Of a stretch of DNA of 64,000 bases, positions 39,791 to 51,275 are shown in pieces. The DNA comes from Thalia democratica. Taxonomy: Eukaryota. Both the position numbers and the translations under genes were made by a program. The stretch lies in contig OZ241829.1 in the NCBI GenBank assembly GCA_965202585.1, forward strand, positions 29,016,001 to 29,080,000, read 5' to 3'. Under the pieces are notes generated by a model. It had not been told where the DNA came from and did no database searches. It worked only from the letters and a program-made list of their open reading frames with translations. Positions within the stretch are counted from its first letter, which is position 1; each line of letters opens with the position of its first letter.

Positions 39791-40613
39791 TTATGAAAAA
39801 CTGAAATTCTTAATAATTGCAACAGGGCAGAGTTACAATAAGTTATTTGAAAATTTATTCCAGGTTTCTGAATTTCTTCCAGATTTTTTTTCAAGTACAA
39901 GTTTTTGTTTCCATCTTTAGCATAAAAATAAATTTAAGGTAAAAAACTGTCTTAAACAGTATAAAAATACTAAAAAGACAATGTAATGCTACTTTAAATG
40001 TGCTTCATATTAAATATAATTATTTTACTCAATACAAATATATTTCAAAAAGTTTTCATCAGTGTGATACAGTTGTAACAAAATAAAAATTTTAACTTAT
40101 TTATATCCGAACTTATTTAATCCAGCAGAAAATTAAAAAAGTTATTGAAAATTCTTAAAAATAAACAGAATTAACTAAACAAGGATAATGAATAATCAAA
40201 TTATTTCTGCTTACAGAACTTTGGTTTGTTAAAACAAATGTAGATGGCTTCATTTTTGATTAGGTCAAAATTCTTTTTCAACTCTTAATATTTTGAATCT
40301 CATTTTATTATAACTATATCTCATTTTGTTACAACTGTATCACACTGATGAAAACTTTTTGAAATATATTTGTGTTGAGTAAAATATTTTTATTTAATAT
40401 GAAGCACGTTTAAAGTAACATTACATTGTCTTTTAAGTATTTTTATACTGTTTAAGACAGTTTTTTACCTTTAATTTTATTGCTAAAAATGGAAACAAAA
40501 ACTTGTACTTTGAAAAAACCTGGAAGAAATTCAGAAAACCTGGAAGAAATTTTCAAAAAAAATTATGGCAACCCTGCACTGTTGCAATTTTTAAGAATTT
40601 CAGTTTTTGATAA
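39791..40613. repeat. Long inverted repeat (~290-bp arms, ~235-bp spacer) containing a family-A MITE end
   Basis: 39791-40085 is the reverse complement of 40322-40613 at high identity. Example: CAAAAAGTTTTCATCAGTGTGATACAGTTGTAACAAAAT vs ATTTTGTTACAACTGTATCACACTGATGAAAACTTTTTG. Confidence 0.9.
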
Positions 40614-42961
40614 ATACAAAATGGTTCCTGAAAGTTTTTCGCTACATTTTACAATACTAGTCTACTGGAAGAAATCACAAAATAGTTTTAAATGATTGGA
40701 ATTGAAAAACGTCATTACTATTTTTTGCAGAAGAAAAATATTAAAATCATCCAATTCAAAGTATTCATTATTTTTGGTCCCTGCTAAAATGAAAAATAAA
40801 TATAATTGAAGAAATTACAGGCCAACTCGTGCCTTTTAGATTTTTAGTAGTCAATTTAAAAAAATAAAGCTTCTTCAAGTTTCTAGTTCACAATTCAGGC
40901 ATATGATGTTCTAATAATGTCATGCGAGTTTATGATAACTGCTTTATTTTAATATAAATTTCTTAAACTTTTAGTAGGAAATTTTTCAGTATACACCTTT
41001 ATTTTCAGTAAAATCCTATTAAAATTCAATAACTGGACATTTTGTTTCAAAGAGTGTCAATTTTGGTAAAATATAATGTATTTAATATTATAAACTTACT
41101 AAGTATTATCAAGTGTTTTTAATTGTTCATCAATTGGAACCAGTTTAGAAACCAATCATTAAAGTCTAAAAATGAAATCTTATTGAATCAGAAAGTAGTT
41201 TTATTATATAAACTATAGTTCAGAGAACTTATATTTATACCTTAGAAGGTGTTAAATTAAACTTTTCATTAATTACGGACAGTTAAAGTTTTTAATAAAA
41301 TATTCTAGTGACTTAATAATAAGTTTTTGAATAGGTAAGTATGTTAAGTTTAGTGTACAATAAACCTAACTTCTGTATCATTAATACCTTTAACTATTAA
41401 ATCAATAGACGAGGGGAAAGTTATTTCTGATGTTTTTATACCTTAAAAAATATATTGATCATTGCAATACTAACATGCTAACTTAATAATTTTTACAATT
41501 TTCTCACTTAAAATAAAAGACCTTTTTAAGAAAGGTTAATACTTTAAGTGCTATATTTAAATAGTATACTAAGTACAACTAAATTAAAATGCTAGTTTGA
41601 TTGATTTTTATATCCTTTCACACTATCAAATTGAAAAAATCTGAGTCAGTGGTAAATAAATAAGAAAAAATCAATTGGAATTTTAATTCAACAATATATT
41701 TTACCAACTAATTTTTTTGCCGTAGTAGTTTCAAAAATTTAAATGAACATATTTTTTTGGAACTTATGTGTGGCATATAATTTAAATTTCTGTACTTTGA
41801 TAACTATTACAAAATTTTTGACTTCTTTTAAAGCTTTTAGTTATTCATGTTTGTTTTCAGTTTTTGGTAAAACTAAACACATCTTGGATTTTTTAATCTC
41901 AGGCCAGTTGTTTGAATTCTCAATTATTTTTGTTTCAAGTTAACATTTTTTAGATATTAAGTTCTTTAGGTTTTTTTTTTGTGTGTTAAATATCAAAGAA
42001 CAATAATTAATTTAGTTTTTCGTATTTACTAAAATCTTTAAAATTTTATCACAAACTCAGTCTAGTTTTTATTCACTCAAATTGAATTTTTTGTTTTGAA
42101 GTATTTCGATTAAAGACGTAGACAGCCCTATAATAAACTAGATGACATAATCAGTTTTTAATGATCTATAAAAGCTAGAACTTCAGTATTGAAATTTCAG
42201 AGCAATTAATTTTTTTTTTACTTTAAGCAAGCGGTCTTCACGGTGTGCGACCACCGCAAACTTATCTACAAGTGCGTAAAATTTATTTTTGGTGGGTATT
42301 AGGTACACGGAGGTTTGTACAAACTTTTTGCTGTATTCAAAGGATATTTTATTTTTATTTTTACTCAGTTTTAGTGATTTAACTTTAAGTTAAAGCTATT
42401 TTCAGCTTTAAATTGAAAACCGTAAATAACCATGAAAAACAAAAGCGTTAAAGCATTCTTTCATAAACCCATTTTTATAATCGCCTACTTGGCAGAATTT
42501 AAAAATAACTGACTTCATTTGTTAGATATTGTTGGATATTACTTCATTATAAAATTTTTTTCACTTAAAAAGTTAAGTTAACCATATACTTAATCGCCCA
42601 CTTACAATTTATTGTACCTAACAATCTTAATTGTAATTTTGCTTACTTTTGAAAACTCTACTTTAAAGAATGACGAAAATATTATTATCCATTTTAGGTT
42701 TTTAGTAGATTCACGATCGCTCAAATTCAGAGCAACTAAGTACATTTTGAAATTTTCGGAAAACTTTGACTATATATTAGGAATTTGATTTTTTCCTAAC
42801 ATTTGTGTTTTTTTTTGAAAAAGGTCTTAATTCCTTTTGTTGTTACAAACTATTTTTGGTATCAAAAATTTTTTTACTTTGTACACTTTTGGCTTTTACT
42901 TTTTGTTCATACTTTTTCAAAAACAGAGTTTGGCTCCGGCTAGTTTGGTGTTAGTTTAAAG

Positions 42962-44664
42962 TAGTGATATACCGGACCCACAATTTCGGGTCCGGCCGGA
43001 CCCGGATCCGGACTTTTTTTTTTAATTAGAGTCCGGCCGGAACCGGATCCGGACTTTTTTTTCAAACTAGAATCCGGCCGGATCCGGATATTAGACAAAA
43101 ATGGCAATATCCGGCCGGACCAGGATAGTGAGTTCGGTACATCACTAGTATAAACTAGCCAAAGTCAGAATGAGGTTTTTAAAAACTGAAAAAAAAAACT
43201 TTATTCCTATAATAAGTAAAACAGCTAACCACAAGGTTTAAAAATTTATGTGTTATTTACAATTGAAAATCTGAAATCAAGTTCTTGAAGAAAATACACT
43301 AGAAAATTACAAAATATTGAAAACTGGATCAGCTCAAACTCATTCAAAATCTAAAAGAAAACTAGCCTGAGTTTTTATAAAAAACTAAACTAGCCTGAGG
43401 CAGTTCAAAATTTTCTAAAATTCCCAAAAATTTTCAAACTAGCAGGGTTGCCACTATTTACGTCATTAAAACTATCTAGAGTGAGTATAAACAAGCCTGA
43501 GTCAGAATGAGGTTTTTAAAAACTAAAAAAAAAACTTTAATCTAATAATCAGTAGAACAGCTAGCAAAGGTTGACAATTTGGTAGTAAAGTTGTGGACTG
43601 ATTGTGGTACACTTAACTTATTAGTACTACCCATCATAATTAAATCCTACCTTATTTAATTAATATCTAACAAATACTAAATTCTAACTGAGACTACTTT
43701 CTATAATCAGACACGACAGTTTTGAGTGATGAATCTTTTATATAAAACACAACAAGAAATACTACCATTTACAAAATTATTAATCACTTTGGTAAAGCTT
43801 TAAAAACTGGAAGCTATTTAAATCTATATCAAAAGACTTAAAACAATAAACTGATTTTAAATAAAACTTTTAGTAAACAAGAAACTGTGATATTTTTAAT
43901 AAACTATTAAACTATAAACCTGGATTAACTACTAAAACAATTAAACACCAGTTAAATTATTCGCTTTTAAAACAAAACACTACTTACAATAAGCATTCAC
44001 AAAAATGTTCAAGATATTCTGTTGCTTCAAGCTGCACACCAAACTAACTAACTGCTTACCTATAAACTGCCTGTCAGGTTCTGATGTTTTGTTGCATCAG
44101 TATTTAGTTTGAAACATTTCGTCATATGATTCTCATTGGCTCGTACATTCAACCGTATTAACTCTAAATATTCTCTGATAGCAACTTTAAACAATAAATA
44201 ATGCAAGTAATCATTCCAAAGTTTTAAATTTTACTTCATATGTAAAGAGTTGCATTTCTGAAATGTTTATTTCATAGTTTAATAAAAACAAATGTAAATT
44301 AGTCACGTGTACAAAATGAGCCAATCACGGTAGGTGTTTAATTTTAACTGACGAAAATGACTCTTATTAATTTACACAGGGTTTGTTTTTGAAAAAATAC
44401 TTTTCAGTATGCTCTTTTTTACTAACTAGATCCGGGTCCGGCCGGATTTCTGTTAGGATCCGGCCGGACCCGGATCCGGACTTTTTTTTTCAAATTAGAG
44501 TCCGGCCGGAACCGGATCCGGACTTTTTTTTTCAAATTAGAGTCCGGCCGGAACCGGATCCGGACTTTTTTTACAAATTAGAATCCGGCCGGATCCGGAT
44601 ATCAGACAAAAATGGCAATATCCGGCCGGACCCGGACCCGGATAGTGAGTCCGGTACATCACTA
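42962..44664. mobile_element. Composite non-autonomous hAT element, 1703 bp, 8-bp TSD GTTTAAAG
   Basis: TIRs TAGTGATATACCGGAC and GTCCGGTACATCACTA. GTTTAAAG at 42954-42961 and 44665-44672. An internal right end lies at 43147. Terminal blocks carry 2 and 3 copies of a ~42-bp CCGGCCGGAACCGGATCCGGAC(T)nCAAATTAGAGT unit. Confidence 0.88.
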
Positions 44665-46594
44665 GTTTAAAGTCACTCAGGCTGGTTTTATTGGTTTAAA
44701 GAAAACACTCTGATAACAACATACTTGGACAAATCTTAACAACTTTCCAAAGTTTAAACTATGTTAGTATATATCTCCGTTATAAACTACTATTTTAGAT
44801 CACATGGCCAAACAATTAGTTTTTAATGAGTTACAAAAACAATAACTATGTTGTAATAAACGTTTACTAAGTACGCACGCACTTTGACGGAATGCACTCA
44901 TCAGTGACTGATTATGTCGTTTGAATTTCACAAAATAATGAGATTTGTTTGTACCTTTTTTATCAAAATTTGTAGGCATTATTGGGGGATGTTTGAGATA
45001 ACTCGTGAGTTAAAAGAATCTATTGTAATCTATTTACAGGAAAAAGGTAGTCATTACTTTCTATCGTAATGCGTAAAACTAAAATTTAAAAAAAATTAAA
45101 ATCGGTAAAAGTACACTAGTTATAAATTTAAATGTTTGTTACCTATACTTATAACAATTTTTTTAGAAAAAAAACAATACACTTAAAATGTAATGCTAAT
45201 GTAGTTATGCTTCGGTGAAAGAAATAGTATTTAAAAAAAAGTGACTTAGACAAAAATTAGTTAAAGCGACAAGGCTTGCTGTGAAATAAAGCTGAATGCA
45301 TACGACTACTGTTATTAAAAAAAATCATTAACAGCAATTTATTAACACTTTATTAGCTTTAGTGTTTTCTAAAATATATACAGTAAGGGCTTGGAAACAC
45401 TGCTTTAGGCTATGTTTGTTATTATTTTTTAATATCTTTTATACTAACTATCTTATAATTTATTTTTTTTGTAAAGAAAACTAGCAAGTTGTAAAAAACT
45501 CCTGAGTATTCTAAAATGGTTAAAAGCTATTAACAATTAGCTTTTTGAGAAAAAAAAAATTTGTGCAGACATATCACGATATTTTCAACTGCATATAAAA
45601 TATTTCTTTTGGTGAGTAAAAAAATACATATGCAGTATTTTTATCTATATTGAAAAAAAATTACCGACGTATTGACAATTTCAAACTTTTTAAAACTTTG
45701 TTTCTAAGTTAGCATTGGCAAACAGCGTATATTTTAACAACTTAAGTGAATTGAAAACTCTTACTTTTACATTTACAGATATAGATCAAACTTATTTTTG
45801 ATACTGACGCTGTTTCAATTTTGAAACTTTGTAGATTTAAGATATATGTTGTTAACAATTTTTTTTAGTAATGAATTAGCGTATGCTAGTAAATCATTAA
45901 ATACATAACATATTAAGCTCTTTTAAAGTTTGTTTTAAATAATTAGTAAGCATTTTACAAGATAGAAATTTAGAAGACTAAAAAACTCTCAGCCTTTTTT
46001 TTATTTATTCAATATGTACATTAAGAAAATGATCTAAGAAACTAGGTATCTGAGTAAATGTACTTTATAAAAAAGTTACTTCTTTAGTGTTTATATTGTG
46101 CTAACACAAAATATTAGTGTTTTTTAACAGATATCAATATAAGTTTAACAAACACCAAACAAAATTGAAGTTTTTATGTAAGTAGTAGTAACTTCAAATT
46201 TGAAATTTCACAAGTAAAAACGAAAAATCACAGCTATAAAAGTAACTTTACTATAAAAATACAAACTTTTTTTTAGGCTTTCAGAAGCTGTTGCACCTAA
46301 ATTTTTCAAAATATGACTTGCTACGAAATTTTTGTGTAAACTACATTTGTGGTTTCTAAAGATGTTTATGTCGTAATTATTGTTATTACTCTGAAAAATT
46401 TAGAAAAGTGTTGTTACTGTTTTATGTTATTGGTTTCTGTCTAAAAATTTACAAAACACTAAGTTTTCAATCGCTTTCCAACGTGGCCTTAAATTAATTA
46501 AACGAAAACCAAATACGAAACCGCTGTTTTTTTTGAGCTCAAATGTTTGCTTGGCACGAACTCTGTTTGCACAAAAACATCAACGGCCAACTTT

Positions 46595-46705
46595 CCAACC
46601 AATCACCTTGCTCGAACCTTGAACCGTTGCCTTTTTATTACACTCGTTTTTCATTGGCTGAAAACCTCAAGTCACTTAAACAAACACTTCACCGAGCATA
46701 AAAAC
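46595..46705 (+). promoter_or_regulatory. Putative promoter of the collectin-like gene
   Basis: CCAAT at 46599-46603, inverted ATTGG at 46653-46657 and a CATAAAA element near 46697, 50-150 bp upstream of the ATG. Motif match only. Confidence 0.3.
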
Positions 46706-46746
46706 TTCGATTTAAATCCAACGCGTTTCATTTTCAAACTTCTGCA

Positions 46747-48863
46747 ATGAACACGCTTCTGACAGTTGTTCTACTGGTGGTTTCCCGCGCTTGGGGTCAA
46801 AACTGCCACCAGTGGAGCGTCTGCAGCCAGCAGCCCCCTGCCGACCCCGCGAACCCCGTCAAACTGGGGAAGATGGGGCCCAGGGGGGAAAAGGGGAGCC
46901 CCGGAAAGGATTTGTCACGTGAAGTTGAGAATCTGGTGGCAAAAACTTTGATGCTCGGCTCGAAAACGCTGGAGCTCAACAGAACCTTGTCGGCTCAGAG
47001 CGCGAAAGTTCATCGTCTCGAGCAAAGGAAAGGTAGTGGATTTGTTTTCAGCTGGTTTTTGTTTTGTACGGAGCTGATTCACAGTTAAGGTTTTGTTTTT
47101 AGTACTTATTTGTAGTATGTTTTTCATCAATGCCAATATAAAAGAAACGGACTAAACATAAAACTGAAGTACTGCTACATTCTAAGTATTTTCTAGTTTT
47201 TACAAAAAGTAATTACCTATACAGTTTTCGATATTTCCTATGTGTTTGAAACAATTTTAGGTGAAATGAATGAAATAACTACAAAACAAAGCACACAAAT
47301 ACAAGAAATAATGCAAGCATTAGCCAGGCATGAAGAAAAAACTAGTTCATTAATTAACATCACTTCAAGTATGCGGTTTTTCTTTATATAATTTATTTAT
47401 CATACACTCATAGATTAAATTACATATTCGTTAAACTTTTATAAGCATGACTAATAGCTCTTTGATAACTGTCAACATTACAGCAAAGACTTTCATTTTT
47501 CTGCTGAAACAAATTAGTTACTATTTTTTTACTTTCTCAGCTCAATTGGCGATTCAAGCAAACAAGTTGGAAACTTTAGAAGAAGTTATCAAAAACCAAA
47601 CGAAATACATAAAAACAGTGCTTAAGTCCAAAAAACGTAATTCGGGTTTATTTCAGGCATATTTATGAGAAATTTCGTAATCGTTTGACCATTAAATTTT
47701 TGCTTTAACTTTGAATTTTTATTTTAACAGAATGCAGGCTGCCAAGCATAACGCACACCGCGCACCGAACACCAGGAAAATTTGCTCACAACAGCTCAGT
47801 TGAACTTTCTTGTGCAGATAACTTCTTACCTGTCGGTTTGACGAGAAGAAATTGCGACTCGGGTAGCTGGTCACCTGGTTTCTCCTCACATCCCTTCGCC
47901 TGCAAAGGTGATTTTTATTGCATTTTTTGCAATAACTTACAGTGCGTATTGTTTTATGGACTTAAGTAAAAAAGGGGTAACACTGTTTTTTTTTGTAATA
48001 AGAAATAAAAAAAGATTCGGTTTTGTAAAAAAAACTTTTTGAAATCAGCTGATCTTTAAAAGAAGTAATTTTACTTGCTTTGCTTTTAAATATTTTTATT
48101 AGTAACTTTTTAGTAAATCTTTTAAAGTCTAAGAACTGGTTTTGTTAAAGTTTTTCTCAAAAAAAAAACGACAACACTTTCAGAGTTATCATTTTTCATG
48201 GGATCTTATGATTCTGCCAACAAAACTTGTAGGGATTTTGGAACAACTCTCATCTACAAAGACATAGAAACTACTGAAAAAAGAAAGTTGGTTACTAAGT
48301 ATTTCGTGCTCTTAAAACTTATATTCTGTGTAGTAAACTATATAAAAGTTTTTGTAATTCAACGTTAGACTCTAAAGTTTTAGACAACAACTATAGAAAA
48401 TTAAAACATTTCCTCAGAGTATATACGAACTTTATTTGACTAACGGGGTATTTATGTTCTTATTAAACAAAGTCATATTGAAAAAGTTGTTTTATTTCAA
48501 CAATATATATTTTTCATCACTCTGCAACAAGTTATAAAATCAATTTTTTAAAACAAATGTTTTGTTGATTTTTTTTTAGTATTAATATAAACAAACAAAT
48601 TTTAGAGCCATCTGCAGAAAATACGGAACAGGTAGAGGTACTTGGACGGGAATAAGGAGATCAAGTGACGGAATATGGAGGTACCCCGATGAAAAGATTC
48701 AAAAAGATGATTTTCAACTGGATTGGATGCGTGGATATCCATGGAAAAACCTGACCCTTTTAAACACGGTTCTATGATGATATATTGTTATGAAAGTTAT
48801 GATTTTGGTAAATTGTTTAACGACCCAGAGTCATATAGATTTGCTTTTTTGTGTCAAAATTAA
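46747..48863 (+). CDS. Secreted collectin-like protein: signal peptide, short collagen, coiled coil, CCP/sushi, C-type lectin domain (342 aa if one frameshift is corrected; 313 aa as written)
   Basis: Exons 46747-47032, 47261-47368, 47541-47636, 47731-47907, 48184-48286, 48606-48863 (GT-AG; phases 1,1,1,1,2). Signal MNTLLTVVLLVVSRAWG. Five GXY triplets GKMGPRGEKGSPGKD. Sushi CRLP..C..C..W..C. CTLD with TCRDFG..WTGIRR..WRY..W.RGYP. The CTLD end GKLFNDPESYRFAFLCQN* is in another frame after the A5 run at 48745-48749; the as-written stop is at 48775-48777. Confidence 0.85.
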
Positions 48864-50019
48864 AATGTTTGAATATATTTTCACAACTTTTATGGTTTCT
48901 CTTGATTCTTATCAATTTTTGTAAGTAAATTTTTGTTTATATTTTGTACTACGTCTAATAAAATTTCAATCAAAATTGTTTAACACCCAAGCAGTACCTT
49001 AGATTACTAGTTTAATCTATCATTGTGTTGCTTTTTTTTTTTCGTATGTAAAGCTTAAACAATATTGACCTGTAAGTTTAAAGGTTCTTTTATCTTAGTT
49101 AAACAAACTACATTAAATTAACGATGAATTTTTTTTAAAATAATTAACTGATTATTCTTCATAATAGGTATCTGATTATTTTTCATAATAGGTAAAAGTA
49201 GCAAGTAATGAAAACGAATGTTATATAAATAATTTATAGTTGAAAAATTGATCATCAAAAACTTTCTAGCTTTGTAACAGACAATAACTTGAAAGTCAAG
49301 CTGTATATAAAACATAATTTATTAAACTAGTATAATATAGTATTTTTTGAAGGTTTAAAAGGAGTTAAAGCTAATATAAATTATGTAATAATGGACTACT
49401 AGTAAATATACAAATTAACCAGCAAAATATATTTATTACACGGTTAACACAATTACCCTATTATACTTTTTTTTATAGAAAAACTTAGTTTGTTTTCTAG
49501 GCTAAACAATTTTTTTGCAGTTCAAAAACTTTCCCGGTATTTTAGAATACTTTAGAAATGTAGATGATCTTAACAATTTTAAAATTAAATATATTTGTCA
49601 AGTACTTGCAAACCAATAAACACTACTGAAAATAAATCATTATGGAAGTAAATTGCTTATCTTAATTTTTTTTTCATATAATTTTTGTAGCGTTAAGTTT
49701 GGTCGTGGTCAGAATAATACTCAACTTTTAATCAGTAAAAAACAACAAAGACTTCACCTAAATAAACCTCACTTATTCACAGAAAGCAAAAATATTTAAC
49801 TCAATTGTTTTAATGTGAGACAAAATAACAGCATTTTTTTGAAAATATTAAATAAAAAAAATTTTCCAATATTTGGGCTAATCAGGAAAACCTGCTTCAA
49901 AAATTTTTAATAAATAGTTTTAGTGAAATTTACTTTGCAATTAGATAAATGTTTTAAAATGTAGCAAGCAACTTCTAGGCTCAACTTTTTTTTTTTAAAC
50001 TAAGTTTTAAAATATTGCA

Positions 50020-50821
50020 ATACGGTTCTTTAAGTTTTCTGAGTTTTTTTTTGTAAGTTTTTCTGAATTTCTTCTAGGTCTTTTAAATTATAAGTTTTTT
50101 TTGTCTAATTTTAGTCTAACATTAAATTTAAGGTATAAAACTGTCTTAATAATATAAAAATACTGAAAAGATATTGTATTCAGGTTTGCCAATTTTATTC
50201 CAGGTTTTCAAAATTTCCTCCATGTTTTTAAAATTACACATTTTTGGGTCTATTTCTAGTTTTGAGTCAAGTTCAAGGTAAAAACTGCGTTAAATAGTAT
50301 AAAACATCGATAAGATTACTGTAAAGCTACTTTTTGTGTTCTTTAATAAAAAAATGTTCGATGATATCGAAGACAAAATTAAATTTATTGATATGTTATA
50401 ACACTTTTTAATTTAAGACTTTTTGTGTCATATCGAAATCTATCTACTTAAGATGTAAAAATTGTTTAAAATTTCTGTTTTTTGTTTTGAAAATTTCTAA
50501 AATTCCAGGTTTTTAAGCCTAAATTGTCAAATTCCTGATTTTTCTAGGATTCTAAGTTTTTTGGCAACCTTGAGTAATGCTACTTTAAATAATTTTGTGT
50601 GAATAAAATTCTAAATAATAGTTAAAAAAAATTGTTACTGATAAGTTTTTGGTATCTAATCCAAATTTAATTGTTCAAATGTAAAAAAAAAAAAAATTTA
50701 GGTTTTTAAATGATTTTATTCAAAATTTTTTTTTTTATGAAACTTCTCTAAGTCAAGATTATTTTACCTTAATTTGTCAAATTTCTTTTTTTTCAGAATT
50801 TAAAGCTTCATGGCAACTCTG
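50020..50821. mobile_element. Older family-A MITE copy interrupted by a younger copy
   Basis: Family-A interior (AAGGTATAAAACTGTCTTAATAATATAAAAATACTGAAAAGATATTGTA) stops at 50180 and resumes GTAATGCTACTTTAAAT at ~50574. Right TIR TGGCAACTCTG ends at 50821. Left end eroded. Confidence 0.6.
50181..50572. mobile_element. Family-A MITE nested in another family-A copy
   Basis: CAGGTTTGCCA ... TGGCAACCTTG. Flanks TGTATT and AGTAAT each differ by one base from the uninterrupted target TGTAAT seen at ~39983. Confidence 0.75.
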
Positions 50822-51275
50822 TATTTGAAAAAATAGTAATTATAACTGAAAATATTATATAGATAGTAAACCTAGCTTTAGAAAAGAATTTATTGGAATA
50901 AGTAATATTATTATTTAGCTATCATTATCTAAATATTATTGAGAATTAAAAATACGTAATTTATTTCATCTTTACATAAAACACAACACATTCACATACA
51001 ACGTCCTCTAAAAAGCATAATTTATAAAAGAAAAAAGAAAACTAGATCAGGCTTAAAACAAAATTAATACTACATTACAAAAAAGATAAAACTCGGTTCA
51101 AAATTTTTTACAAACTTTCCTATTTTCAAATGCAATTGAACGCAAAAGTTCGCGTTTAACTTGTAAAAACGTTGCTTTCAGGTACATACTATTTTAAATA
51201 TTTTAAACACTAGGTGGAGTCCAAGCTCGTAATTAGTGATGACGTCATAAGTAGCTGTGACATCACGATCTCGTT

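Noticed and set aside
44383-44670. 95-aa ORF with RPEPDPDFFFQI repeats, and a CRISPR-like look of the 42-bp units
   Set aside because: Translation of a transposon subterminal repeat. The units are contiguous with no unique spacers, no cas genes are present, and the context is eukaryotic.
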